Notes under the pieces: model-generated
Database searches by the model: none
Seen by the model: only the letters and a program-made list of their open reading frames with translations
What the model was told of the DNA's origin: nothing
Source: an uncultured delta proteobacterium
GTDB lineage: Bacteria > Desulfobacterota > Binatia > UBA9968
Reading direction: 5' to 3'
NCBI GenBank assembly: GCA_963847445.1
Contig: CAWJZV010000046.1
Coordinates: 408,749-472,748 of the forward strand
Length of the DNA stretch: 64,000 nt
Program-made: the position numbers and the translations under genes
Shown: positions 21,944 through 32,776 of the stretch, piece after piece
Numbering within the stretch: the stretch's first letter is position 1
Layout: every line of letters begins with the position of its first letter

Positions 21944-22342
21944 TTAGGCGATGTGACCTGACCATAAATGTGCAGCAGCCTTACTGCTCTCGAGCTGGTG
22001 CACCGTCACGAGGCGTCCGACAACGGCTTCGGCGAGCGCGACGCGCGGATAGCGGCCCTGTGGCCCGCCCCCGGAAGCATCGATGTTTTTAGCGCCGGCG
22101 AGGTTGACCCAAAAGGGATCATCTTCGGTCCTCGGCTTATCTGGGCCGACCATACGGCGCAGCGCGGCCGCGCTGCGCCAGCTTGCGGCTCCAACGGCAA
22201 TCCAGCATTGGTAGCGGTCCGGACTAGTCGTTAAAGTCAAAAACGCGTGAGGTCGCACCGCTTCGGCTGCCTGAGAATCGAGTTGATCGACCATTACCAT
22301 CAAGGGTTCGCCCGGCCGGTCATTGGTCAGAGGCCGGATCAT
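21944..22342 (-). CDS. RepB'-type primase-like domain, probably the C-terminal domain of the upstream GT2 gene (1-nt break in T-run 22347-22349)
   Basis: The motif order is NVMIRP, MVMVDQLD, TTSPDRYQCWIAV, LAGAKN. It continues from DRFDLLL...LPAHLQAADDRKL at the end of the GT2 ORF and resembles plasmid RepB' primases as I recall them. It needs HMM confirmation. Confidence 0.45.
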   Translation of the reverse strand: MIRPLTNDRPGEPLMVMVDQLDSQAAEAVRPHAFLTLTTSPDRYQCWIAVGAASWRSAAALRRMVGPDKPRTEDDPFWVNLAGAKNIDASGGGPQGRYPRVALAEAVVGRLVTVHQLESSKAAAHLWSGHIA

Positions 22343-23444
22343 AACGTTTAAGTTTCCGATCGTCTGCAGCTTGCAAATGCGCTGGCAATCTCTCGAATAG
22401 TTGGTCGGGATCTAAAGCAGCCTCGGAAACAAGCAACTCGCCGGAATCAGTCGTCAGCAACAAGTCAAACCGATCCTTATCGACAGACAAAAATAGCGCA
22501 ATGATGAGCTGCGCCTGCTCCAAGCAGGAGCGGGAATCAGTCGGTCCAGTTTCGCGGACGTCGAGACCGGTCATCAGGCGACGGTGCCCTCGGGCCCAGC
22601 GTGAAGTTGTGTGATCCGCTTCAGGTGCAGTCTTGTCTGTAAAGAAGCGCACGGTCGCGACGTTCCACTTTTGATTAAAATGCTGGACTGTCCTCAGGTT
22701 CCAAGCTTCACTCCAGCGCAACATGAAATAGGGTAGATCCGACTCTTCACAAGGAGGCGGCGGAACGTAGCTGGTGACCGCCGTCGGCTCGATGTATACC
22801 GCTCCTCCGGCCTTTTGCACTTCCAAACACAGGTCAATGTGCTCCTGGTGGCTCAATAACTTTTCATCCAGCGGGCCGAGTTTCGCGAACACGTCCGTGC
22901 GAACCAACATGCAATGGAATTCCGCGTAGTCCCAAGCGCTTCTTTGGAGCGGCACTTCTAGGTTAGCCATGGGAGTATCGAAAAGATATTGCTCGTCGTA
23001 AAGCACTCTTTGCCCTTGTTGCTCGGTGAATTTTAAAATTCCCCCCGCCATGTGGATCTTCTGGCGCTCGATCTCACCAAAAAGATAAAGCGGTCCGACA
23101 ATCCATGCTCCTGTTTCTTCGGCGCATTGCACTAAGGCCTCGAGCCAACCGCGCGTGACCAGCGCATCATTGTCCACGAAGACGATGTATTCGGTGCTGA
23201 TCTCGCTGGCGCCGAGATTTCGCGCTTGGTTAGGCGACAAAAATTGGTCCGTGTGGATAAGTTTGAAGCCCTTTGATTCCGCCTTCGCTGCGATCCGACG
23301 GTACATAGGTTCGGGGGTGCCGGCGCTGACGTAAATCAGTTTGAAAGGAAGTGTCGTTTCCTGGTAAACGTTTTCGAGGGTGCGCTCACTATGGCTGAAA
23401 CGCTCCCTCGGTACTATCACGACGGTGACTTGTGGTTCTGACAT
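22320..23444 (-). CDS. glycosyltransferase family 2, with a C-terminal extension that continues into 21944..22342
   Basis: VTVVIVPRERFSHSERTLENVYQ and YIVFVDNDALVTRGWLEAL (DxD region) are typical of the GT-A fold. The last ~75 aa are not GT-like. Confidence 0.75.
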   Translation of the reverse strand: MSEPQVTVVIVPRERFSHSERTLENVYQETTLPFKLIYVSAGTPEPMYRRIAAKAESKGFKLIHTDQFLSPNQARNLGASEISTEYIVFVDNDALVTRGWLEALVQCAEETGAWIVGPLYLFGEIERQKIHMAGGILKFTEQQGQRVLYDEQYLFDTPMANLEVPLQRSAWDYAEFHCMLVRTDVFAKLGPLDEKLLSHQEHIDLCLEVQKAGGAVYIEPTAVTSYVPPPPCEESDLPYFMLRWSEAWNLRTVQHFNQKWNVATVRFFTDKTAPEADHTTSRWARGHRRLMTGLDVRETGPTDSRSCLEQAQLIIALFLSVDKDRFDLLLTTDSGELLVSEAALDPDQLFERLPAHLQAADDRKLKRYDPASDQ

Positions 23445-23834
23445 AATAAAAGACTCAGGTATCGGCCGATCCCGTTGCAGATCATTCCAGCTTCTAACTT
23501 CCTTTTGCGGAATCTGACCGGCCGCATGCGGTCCTGACTTCTTGCTCCTTTTTGTCCATCACCGGCATTATCGTACATTATCCACGTATCCGCCAAGCGA
23601 ATACATTATCGGCAGTCGATCGAGCTTCGGCGGTCTGAGCTGCAATATGACGGAGTTCGCTCTAGCGGTTAAAATCAGTCAGAGTCTTCGGGTCGGAAGT
23701 CTCAGGGCGGGTTCAGACTTCGTGACAAACTAAGCCTAGTCGCGCCTGCCGGTCGGTAGTGCAAAGCTCAAAATGAAATCCACGGGGGTTCGGTTTTTAC
23801 CTTATCAGTTACCGCTGGCAAAACCCGAAAATGA

Positions 23835-24857
23835 TTAAGCTGATTGGGGCTTGGTTTTTCCCATTCCAAACGACTCCGCCAGCAGTTCGTAGGAGCGATG
23901 GCGCGGCGCGGGATCGTAAGTCCATGTGACCACGACCAGCTCGTCGAGGTCGAGACCTTTCGCGAGTTCTTTCAATCGCGTGGTGACCTGGTCTGAAGAC
24001 CCGACAATCGCTTTCCGGTGTAACTTTTCCGCAATCGCCAATTCAGCGGGCGAATACGGGCGGGTGGCTTCCTCCGGCGACATCAGCGGCTGGCGGATGC
24101 CTAGTTTGCGATCGATCATGGCGCGCTCGCGCGATTTGAACTGGAACAGGGCTTCTGCTTCGGTATCGGCGGCCAGCGCCCAGACGCATATCGTGCAGAT
24201 CGGCTTGGGATTATTTTCGCTCGGGCGATAGTTCTTGCGGTAAAGATCCAGTGCTTGCTCGACACCAAAGCCGTCGCTGAAGAAGTAGGCGAAGGCGTAG
24301 GGCAAACCAAAATAGGCCGCGAGTTGGGCGCCGTAGTCTGAGCTGCCGAGAATCCACATCTCCGGACTCGTCGGTCCCGTCGGTTGGGCAACGATTTTCT
24401 GAAACGGGTGGCCTTCGGGCAGCGGTTTCCCGGACACCCAGTGTTGCAGCTCCTGGACTTGCCGGGGAAATTGATCATGGACATTCTGCGGGTTCGGATT
24501 GAGCGCGTAGGACGTCAATTGATCCGATCCGGGGGCGCGGCCGATACCCAGGTCGATGCGTCCCGGCGCGATGGCCTCCAGGACGCGGAACTGCTCGGCG
24601 ACTTTCAGCGCCGAATAGTGCGGCAGCATGACGCCGGCGCTGCCGATACGGATGCGCGGCGTGGTGGCGGCGATCGCCGCCATGAGGATCTCGGGCGCGG
24701 TGCCGACGATATTACCGGAGTTGTGATGCTCCGAGACCCAGTAGCGATGATAACCCAGCGCGTCGCAATGGCGCGCGAGCTCGAGGGTCTCACGGATCGC
24801 ATTGTCCTGCGCTCGGCCCTTGGCCGCCGTCGATTGATCGAGTACTGACAATTTCAT
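23835..24857 (-). CDS. LLM-class flavin-dependent oxidoreductase (luciferase-like, YhbW-type)
   Basis: MKLSVLDQS...LGYHRYWVSEHHN...PRIRIGSAGVMLPHYSALKVAEQF is typical of this family. The start is chosen at the internal ATG 24857. Confidence 0.8.
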   Translation of the reverse strand: MKLSVLDQSTAAKGRAQDNAIRETLELARHCDALGYHRYWVSEHHNSGNIVGTAPEILMAAIAATTPRIRIGSAGVMLPHYSALKVAEQFRVLEAIAPGRIDLGIGRAPGSDQLTSYALNPNPQNVHDQFPRQVQELQHWVSGKPLPEGHPFQKIVAQPTGPTSPEMWILGSSDYGAQLAAYFGLPYAFAYFFSDGFGVEQALDLYRKNYRPSENNPKPICTICVWALAADTEAEALFQFKSRERAMIDRKLGIRQPLMSPEEATRPYSPAELAIAEKLHRKAIVGSSDQVTTRLKELAKGLDLDELVVVTWTYDPAPRHRSYELLAESFGMGKTKPQSA

Positions 24858-25088
24858 GGATGACCTGCGTGTCGGGCACAGTTCATTGTCGAGTTTGTTG
24901 GGAAGAGCATTCATCACGAATAATACAGTGCGGCAAGGCCGCAACCAAACACCGGAATATCTCGCGCCAAGCTCGCAAAGACCACCAAGTTGTGAGATCA
25001 AATCTCCTTGGGGCCGGGGTTGGGAGGCGTTCGCGTGCGCGCACTTGGCGCGAGAAACGCCTCGGTTAACCGAGCCGATCGCCGACGT

Positions 25089-25982
25089 TTAATCCCGCCT
25101 GTTTGGCAAATTCCGCAGCCGCTGACTCTTGGCGCCTGCGCCGCGGGCTTTTTTCACGGTTAGAGTGCCACCGTTGAGGGCGATGGTGATTTCTGCTCCA
25201 CCGATGCCGGTCACCTGTCCGGCTGGCGCGGCATTATTGCCAGTCTGCAGCCGCGCGTCGAAGATGCGCACCAGCTTGCCGTTGTAGGTCGTGTGCGCGC
25301 CGGGTTGGGGGTCGCAGCCGCGGATTAGGTTATAAACTTCCTGCGCCGGTTTGGACCAGTCGATCTTGGCATGGGCGTCGTCGCAGATGGGGTCGTAATT
25401 GGCTTTGGATTCGTCTTGGACGATGCGCGGCGGGTTGCCGGCTTTGATGAGGTCGACCGCTTCGCCGATCGCTTCGATGCCCAGGGGAAAGATTTTGTTG
25501 AAGTACAACGATCCGGTGGTGTCGTCCGGCTCGATCTTCACTTCCTTTTGCAAGAGGATCGGCCCGGTGTCGATGCCTTTGTCGACCCAAAATAGCGAAA
25601 GTCCGGTGACCGATTCGCCTTTGATCAAGGCCCAGTTGATGGCGCTGGCGCCGCGATACTTGGGCAAAAGCGACGGATGAAAGCAGATGCTGCCGAGTTT
25701 TGGCACGCTGAAAACTTGCTGCGGGACGATCTGGGTGACGAACGCGAGAATCGCTAGATCGGCGTTCAACGCGACGAATTCGTCACACACTTCCGGCGCT
25801 TTGAAGGATTTAGGCTGGCGCACCTCGATGTGGAGATCGATGGCTTTCTGTTTTACCGGGTCGAATTTGCCGTTGGGCGGATCGGGCGGGCAATAGACCG
25901 CGACCACTTTCTCGCCTTTGCCGACGAGTTTTTCCAGAGTCTTTTCGGCAAACGCCGCTTGTCCGATCAATATTATTCGCAT
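25089..25982 (-). CDS. formyltransferase family protein (Fmt-like)
   Basis: MRIILIGQAAF, HPSLLPKYRGASAINWALI and LFWVDKGIDTGPIL are formyl-transferase N-domain motifs. A C-terminal Fmt-like beta-barrel segment is present. Confidence 0.8.
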   Translation of the reverse strand: MRIILIGQAAFAEKTLEKLVGKGEKVVAVYCPPDPPNGKFDPVKQKAIDLHIEVRQPKSFKAPEVCDEFVALNADLAILAFVTQIVPQQVFSVPKLGSICFHPSLLPKYRGASAINWALIKGESVTGLSLFWVDKGIDTGPILLQKEVKIEPDDTTGSLYFNKIFPLGIEAIGEAVDLIKAGNPPRIVQDESKANYDPICDDAHAKIDWSKPAQEVYNLIRGCDPQPGAHTTYNGKLVRIFDARLQTGNNAAPAGQVTGIGGAEITIALNGGTLTVKKARGAGAKSQRLRNLPNRRD

Positions 25983-26047
25983 TTGGTGAAACTCCGAAAT
26001 TGTAGAGCTAGCGCGTTACGAAGACGAGCCACGATCACGATTTCTCG

Positions 26048-26575
26048 TTAGCCGATGATTTTAAAGTCGCCGCCCTTGTAGCTCCGGCATAGATTGACGT
26101 AGGTGGTTGAGCCCATCTTGATCCAGTGCAGCGCTTCGCCGGTAATTTCCTTCTTGACCTTGGCGGGCGCGCCGGCAGCGAGCACTCGAGGCGGGATGAT
26201 CGTGTGCGGCGTTACCACGCTGCCGGCGCCGATCAGGGCTTCTTCGCCGATCTCGACATGTTCGAGCAGGGTGACGTTCATGCCGATGATCGCGCCGCGC
26301 TTGACCAGCGGACCTTCCATGATTGCGCCGTGGCCGATGGTGCAATCTTCTTCGATGATCGTCGGTGCTTCGCCGGAATGAATCACGCAGTTGTCTTGCA
26401 CGCTGGTGCGGGCGCCGATGACGATGGGATTGGCGTTTTGATCCGAGCGCAAGACCGCGCCCCACCAGATGCTCGCTTCATCGCCGATGGTGACATCGCC
26501 GATGATCACTGCGGTGGGCGCGATGAACGCCGTGGGAGAAACATGGGGCCGTTTGCCTTTGTATTCGATGAGCAT
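26048..26575 (-). CDS. gamma-carbonic-anhydrase-like / hexapeptide-repeat (LbH) family protein
   Basis: Hexapeptide periodicity runs throughout (IGDVTIGDEASIWWGAVLRSD...IGHGAIMEG). Confidence 0.8.
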   Translation of the reverse strand: MLIEYKGKRPHVSPTAFIAPTAVIIGDVTIGDEASIWWGAVLRSDQNANPIVIGARTSVQDNCVIHSGEAPTIIEEDCTIGHGAIMEGPLVKRGAIIGMNVTLLEHVEIGEEALIGAGSVVTPHTIIPPRVLAAGAPAKVKKEITGEALHWIKMGSTTYVNLCRSYKGGDFKIIG

Positions 26576-26785
26576 GAAGAGCGAACCTCCGTAGATAAGT
26601 CACGATATTGGACGTGCCCGGGGAAATCAAGATTGTTGGTGCAATGTCGCGAGTGTGGATTGACTCGATTGGTAAAATTGTTAATGCTTTGCCAACTTTG
26701 CAGACCCTCAACCTAGCCCTCTCCCGCATGCCCGGGCGAGGGGAAAAGATTAGGAGAGCGGTCGATACCTATTGGAGGTTAGATT

Positions 26786-27853
26786 GTGAGATATTTTGCT
26801 GTCTTTGCGGTTTCGCTTTGGCCACTCATCGGTGCAGTGGACGTCGCGCTCGCGCAGACCCGCGAGGCGACTCTCGCGGCGCTGGGAAAACTTCCCGCCG
26901 CGGAGCGCCAGGCGCGTTTGGTCGAGGGGGCGAAGAAGGAGAACGGACTGGTTTGGTACTCGAGCACGACGGCGGAAGATGCGCTGGCGCTGAGCAAAAA
27001 GTTCAATGAGCAGCATCCGGCGATCAAGATCAATCACTTCCGTTCGTCCAGTGAGAAGTTGCTCGAACGGATTCTCGCCGAATCCCGCGCCAATGCTTTC
27101 AAAGCCGACATCGTTACCTTGCCCGAGCTGGAACTGTCGCTGATGATCCGGCGCAAACTGTTGCTGCGCTACGAAGCGGTAGAGAATTCTTTCTATCCCG
27201 CCGAGACCAAGGATCCGCGTGGTTTCTGGACCGGGCTGTACACCTCGGCGTGGGTGCCGGGCTACAACACCAAGCAGGTGGCCAAGGATCAGGCGCCGCG
27301 GACTTACAAAGATCTGCTCAACCCCAGGTGGAAGGGCAACATGGCGATGGATAACGAGCCTTTCAACTGGTACGTGATCTCGCTCAATTATCTAGAAAAG
27401 CGCGACGGCAAGGAGGCCGCGGCCAACTACATGAAGCAACTGGCGGCGCAGCAGTTGCAATGGCGCAAAGGCCATTCGTTGATCGGCCAACTGATGGCGG
27501 CGGGCGAGTTTCCCCTCGCCGCCGAGCTGCAAGTGCACACCGTGGAGCGCGCCAAAGCGACCGGCGCACCGGTCGAATGGTCGGTGCTCGACGGCGTGAT
27601 TCCGATTTCTAAAGTCGGCGCGGCGGTCACCAGTACCGGGAACAGTATTTACACTTCGGCGCTGTTTTTTGATTTTCTCTTGTCGCGCGGCGGCATGGAG
27701 ACGATCCGCGCGAGCCGGCGGATCCCGACGCGGCCGGATGTCACGGCGCCGTACTTAAAGCCGTACAAGCTCATCCCATTCGAGCCCCAGGCGATCGACG
27801 ATTTCGACAAATACGTGACGTTGTTCCGCGATACCTTCAAGCCGGGAAATTAA
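26786..27853 (+). CDS. periplasmic ABC-type substrate-binding protein (iron(III)/solute family), orphan
   Basis: It has a signal peptide and overall SBP-like composition (WYSSTTAEDA..., TKDPRGFWTG..., WKGNMAMDN). No permease or ATPase gene lies adjacent. Confidence 0.55.
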   Translation: MRYFAVFAVSLWPLIGAVDVALAQTREATLAALGKLPAAERQARLVEGAKKENGLVWYSSTTAEDALALSKKFNEQHPAIKINHFRSSSEKLLERILAESRANAFKADIVTLPELELSLMIRRKLLLRYEAVENSFYPAETKDPRGFWTGLYTSAWVPGYNTKQVAKDQAPRTYKDLLNPRWKGNMAMDNEPFNWYVISLNYLEKRDGKEAAANYMKQLAAQQLQWRKGHSLIGQLMAAGEFPLAAELQVHTVERAKATGAPVEWSVLDGVIPISKVGAAVTSTGNSIYTSALFFDFLLSRGGMETIRASRRIPTRPDVTAPYLKPYKLIPFEPQAIDDFDKYVTLFRDTFKPGN

Positions 27854-27992
27854 AATACTGGACACTGGAGAATGCAAAATTGACAACGCCGGTCGGAGTT
27901 AAGCGCGTGAGTGACTCTTGGCGTTGAGCTGGTCTCAATTCCTTCTACGGCGTGGCGCGGGTAGAAAGCCTTTCGTTGCTGTGGTTTAACTA

Positions 27993-29451
27993 TTGCGCCG
28001 CTCTGCATTTTGCCGCTACCGACCCGTGATTTCACCGTCATCGACTCATAACAGCGAAACCATTCGCCGTCTGGTTCTGATCAATTCCATCTTGGGTGTG
28101 ACCATCGCGGGAGCTTCCGCGCGGGTCTTCATGATCTCGGTGCCGACGCTGGCAACGGCGCTCGATACCGACATGTTGGGCATCTCTTGGGCGCTGATTG
28201 TTTACCAGATGGCAGGTATCGGCCTGGGCGTGATCTGCGGCCGGCTGGGAGATATTCACGGCCACCACAAGACCTACGGGATCGGTATGTGGGTGATGGC
28301 GCTGGCTTCACTGCTCTGCGGCTTTTCACAAAATATCTGGCAGTTGATACTGTTCCGCTTTCTCCAGGGTATCGGCGGCGCGATAATTCAATCTTCGGGA
28401 CGCACGCTGGCTTTTAAAGCGATGCCCGCCGGCGTCCGAAGGAAAAGCCCAGGGGTTGATGGCGATGTCCCATCAATTGGGCTTCTTTATCGGTCCCCCT
28501 ATCGGCGGGCTGATCATCGATCTGGTGCATTGGCGCGGGGTTTTTTTTCTCCTGTTTGTCCCGAGTCTGGCGGGCGCGGCTTTGTGCATGATGACGGGGC
28601 GCGCCGCGGCTGCCGCACCAATGCGCCGGCAGGCGATCGATTACCGCGGCGCCTTGCTGCTCTTCGCCTTGACGGTACTCGCGACGTTGTTGCTTGATCA
28701 AAAAGTCGCCCAGGCGGTGGGCACCGGCAGCGAGCTGTTGTTGGGGTCGGTATTTCTCGCCGCGCTGTGGCTTTTTCTTGTCCACGAAAAGCGCGCGCCC
28801 AGTCCGCTAGTCGATCTATCGATTTTCTCGGTTAAAGTTTTTGGCTATGGCTCGGTGGGGCTGTTGTTCTGCAACATCAACCAGGGCCTGTCCACCTTCA
28901 TCACGCCTTTTTACCTGCAACAGGTGCTCAACTTATCGCCGACGTTCATGGGCGCGATTTTTCTCGTGCCGTCGTTGTTGAGCATGGTGTTGTCGCCGGT
29001 GAGCGGCGCTCTCACCGACCGCATCGGTTCGCGCTTGCTGTTGATTGTCGGCGTGCTGGTGCTGATGGCGAGCTTTATCATCGGCGCCTACCTGCGCAGC
29101 GATTCTCACTGGCTGCTGCCGACGATTTTGTTAGCTCTTACCGGTATCGGTTCGGCATTTTTCAACACGGCATCGCAGGCGGCGATGATCCGCGCCTTGC
29201 CCAAGGAAAATTGGGGCACGGCGATCGGCATCATCAACGGGGTTTTCGGTCTTGGCCATATGCTCGGCATTTCCTTGAGCGGCATCTTCTTGACCCTGGC
29301 GTTTCGCTACTACACCGGCGATGCCGGCGCGACGCCCGACCCGGCGAATAGCTCTTTGTTCGTGGCGGCGATGAATTTGACCTACGTCTTTGCTTTGGCG
29401 CTCGCCGTCATCCCTTTGTTTACCTCGACTAAGATCAAGGGCAGGGAATAG
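27993..29451 (+). CDS. MFS transporter (one apparent frameshift near 28430; start uncertain)
   Basis: Multiple TM segments and the MFS motif GRLGDIHGHHK after TM2 are present. The second ORF 28456..29451 continues the TM series. Confidence 0.7.
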
Positions 29452-29645
29452 CGCGGCGCCAGTGTCGTCAGCAACGTGTCGTCAGCAACCGTAAATTTAG
29501 GCGCGCGACTCTTGTCATAGAGCTGAAATTTTTATTTTGGACTGCGCCCCTCCGACTGCAGAGATTTCACCAAGAATTGAAGGGGAGCCTGATCGGTTCA
29601 GTTCTGGTTGAGTGTGGGTCACGAATAAGCGTTAGAACCGGCGCG

Positions 29646-30877
29646 CTACTTCAAGGCAAAATTTTTCTCAGCCATGGCGCAAATGCTTTGGCCGATGGCG
29701 AGGGACGCGGTGGCGCCGGGGGATGGCGCGTTCAAGACATGAATCGCGTTCTGGCTCTCTTTGATGACGAAGTCGTCGACCAAGGCGCCGCTGGCGGAGA
29801 CCGCTTGGGCGCGCACGCCGGCGCCGCCGGGAACGAGATCGTCCGCGCCAATCTCCGGCAGCAGTTTTTGCAGGGCACGCACGAAGGCTTTTTTACTCAA
29901 CGAGCGGTAGAGCTCGCCAAAACCGGTCTGCCAATATTTCGCCGGTGATCGCCCAGAAGCCTTTGAATGAGACGGTGCGCCATAGGTCGCTCAAATTGAT
30001 GTCGCTATGGCTGTAACCTTCGCGGGCGTAGGCGAACACGGCGTTGGGGCCGGCTTCGACGCCGCCGCGCGCCATGCGCGTGAAATGCACGCCCAAAAAC
30101 GGAAAAGTCGGGTCGGGCACCGGGTAAATCAGATTTTTCACCAGATGTTCGCGCGCCGGGCGCGATTTTGTAATACTCGCCGCGAAACGGGATGATGCGG
30201 TGCTCCTCGCCTTGGCTGTCGTGATTCTTGCCGCCCATCATTTGCGCGACGATGTCGGATTGCAGGCCGCCGCAGTTGATCAAATTTTTCGTCCGGTAGT
30301 CGCCGCCGGAAGTTTGCAGGATGATCTCTGCGCCGCGATCGAGAATGCCGACCACTCTTTGCGACAGGCGAATATCGCCGTTGGCGTCGCGCACCTTCTC
30401 GCCGTAGGCGGCGGCGACTTTGCGGTAGTCGACGATGCCGGTTTCGGGCACGTAGAGCGCTTTGATGCCGGTGGCGTGGGGTTCGATCTCTTTCAATCTT
30501 TCCGGGCCGATGATCTCCATGCCTTTGAGGCCGTTGGCGACGCCGCGGCGGTGTAGTTCCTCCAGGCGCGGCAGTTCGGCCTCGCTGGTGGCGACGACGA
30601 CCTTGCCGCAGATTTCATAGGGGATGTTGTTGGCGTCGCAAAAGGCGATCAGCTCGGTGCGGCCGCCGACGCAGCTCTGGGCTTTCAACGATCCCGGCCG
30701 GTAGTATAGCCCGGAATGAATCACGCCGCTGTTGTTGCCGGTCTGATGGCGCGCAAGTTGGGCTTCTTTCTCGAGCAGCAATAGCCGGATGTTGGGATGG
30801 GCCGCGGTGATTTTCAGCGCCGTCGCCAGGCCGAGGATGCCGCCGCCGATGATGGTGAGATCGTATTGTGAAGCCAT
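29646..30877 (-). CDS. lhgO: L-2-hydroxyglutarate oxidase-like FAD oxidoreductase (two apparent frameshifts near 29900 and 30140)
   Basis: [17 protein letters not shown] (FAD GxGxxG) and [23 protein letters not shown] are typical of LhgO. Three ORF pieces tile collinearly. Confidence 0.7.
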
Positions 30878-30883
30878 AGTGAA

Positions 30884-30913
30884 GTTCAACGTTCAAGGTT
30901 CAAAAGTTCAAGG
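30884..30913. repeat. tandem GTTCAA array (GTTCAACGTTCAAGGTTCAAAAGTTCAAGG)
   Basis: Four GTTCAA units with 7-8-nt period, read directly, in the spacer between lhgO and the amidohydrolase gene. Confidence 0.8.
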
Positions 30914-30958
30914 TCGGAAGCCGAATCGTTCAGCTACGCCGTACCTTGAGCTGAATGA

Positions 30959-31895
30959 TTATAGGTGCAGCAGGCGGCGTGAATTTTTTTCCGTAAAGCT
31001 CTTAAAATGCGCTGGATCAGCCAGCCCGTTGACCGCGTTGAAGGCTTTGCTGAGCGGTCCCAAGCCGCCGCAGTAGTCCGAGCCGAAGACGATATTGTTC
31101 TCGCCCATCTTGTGCACCAGAAACGCCAGCGTCGTGGCGTCCGAACTGGCGCAGTCGATGAGAAAGTGTTCGAGAAAGATTTCCGCATATTTCTTCTCTC
31201 CGTGCGGTCCTTTGTGCTTCCAGAAAGAAGCGGTGCATCAACAGCGGAATGCCGCCGCCGGAGCTGCGGATGACGATTTGCAGATTAGGATGGCGGTCGA
31301 AGACTCCGCTGGCGATCATGCGCAGGCAGCATTCGGCCACTTCGCCGTCGGACAAGACGGCGTAGGCGACGCCGGCGCCGCCGTCTTCGAGCTTTTTCAG
31401 CGACGGGCTCTGCGCCGTGCCGGCGCCATGGAGAAAGATCGGCAAGTTAAGCGCGTTGATCTTGGCGTAGAGCGGTTCCATGGCCGGGGTGTCGACCAAC
31501 ATTTCGCCGTCGACATGGGGATACATGAGCACGGCGCGAAACCCCTGCTGGGCCATGCGGTCGATTTCGTTTATCGACTCGGCAATGTTTTTCAGCGACA
31601 GCGCAATGATGCCGCCCAGGCGGTCTTGGTGCGGCGCGATGCGCTGGGCCAGGACATCGTTGGACTGGTGCATCACCTCCAGCGCCTGCGCGGCGGTCAA
31701 TTGATCGGCGTAGATGCCGGCGCCCTGGCAAATCAGCTGCATGTCGATGCCGGCCTCGTCCATTTCTTTGACGCGCTTGGCCAGATCCGGGGAGTCGTAG
31801 GCGTCGATATGCGGCTTCTTGCCGGTCAATTGGCCGATGCGCTCGGCGACTTCCGGCGCGGTGTGATGGGCGTGCCAGTCGATTACGGTAGCCAT
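30959..31895 (-). CDS. amidohydrolase family protein (Amidohydro_2) (one apparent frameshift near 31200)
   Basis: MATVIDWHAHH at the N-terminus and IVFGSDY in the shifted C-terminal frame are typical metal-ligand motifs. Confidence 0.7.
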
Positions 31896-32130
31896 GGCGA
31901 GTCTCCTTCGTACTTGTCGGTTGAGTTGGCAATACTGCGTCTGACTTATCACAGTCAAGCGCGCTTTGGTAAGTTCGTGCTTGCCGAGAATGAATGTAGT
32001 TGGGTTTCTACCGGGATCGCCGAGCCGAAAAGATTTCTCGCACGGCTCGAAATGACCGATTGTCTAGAGCGCAACCAGGATGAGGTGCCGAGAGCGCTAT
32101 CTGCGAACGATCTTGAAATGAGCCAGCGGC

Positions 32131-32776
32131 CTATTTCTTCGGCGCGCCGGCGAATTCGTTCTTGTCTTTGAGGCGGCGCACCAGCTCTTCGTAGGAGGAT
32201 TTGGCGATCACGCGGTTGAACTGGGAACGATAGTTGTTGACCAGGCTGATGTTCTCGGCAACGACATCGTAAACCTTCCACTCGTTGCCGACCAATTGAG
32301 CGCGGTAGTTGATCGAGTATTCTTCGCCCTTGCTGGTGACAATTTTGCTGTTCACGTCGGCGTAGCCGCCGTCGACTTTTTCGGTCAAGTAGACGATTTT
32401 TTCGTCGATATAGGACTCGATGATATCGGCGTAGGCACGTTCCAGTACCTCGGTGAACAGGCGGACAAATTCTTCCTGTTCCTGAGGCGTGCGCCGGGTC
32501 CAGTTGGGGCCGAGAGAACGCTTGGCCATTTCGGCAAAATTGAACCGGCTAAATAGCACCTGTTTTAGTTGTTCGCGTCGTTCGGACTGCTTGGTCGGCG
32601 GCTTCAAGCGCGGGATCTCTGAGCACCACTAAGGCCTTGTCGACGGTCGCCTTGATCTGGTCCGTGGGCAGGCCGGCGCGGGCCTGGGAGGCGGTCAGGG
32701 TGACTGCTGCAAACCATAGGGCTATTAGAAGCTTCACTGGATTATTTAGACTTAGGGGTCTCATCTTTTTTTTCAC
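32131..32776 (-). CDS. mlaC: MlaC/Ttg2D family phospholipid-binding protein (one apparent frameshift near 32590)
   Basis: It has a signal peptide, then FNFAEMAKRSLGPNWTRRTPQEQEEFVRLFTEVLERAY, typical of MlaC. It lies downstream of mlaD. Confidence 0.75.
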
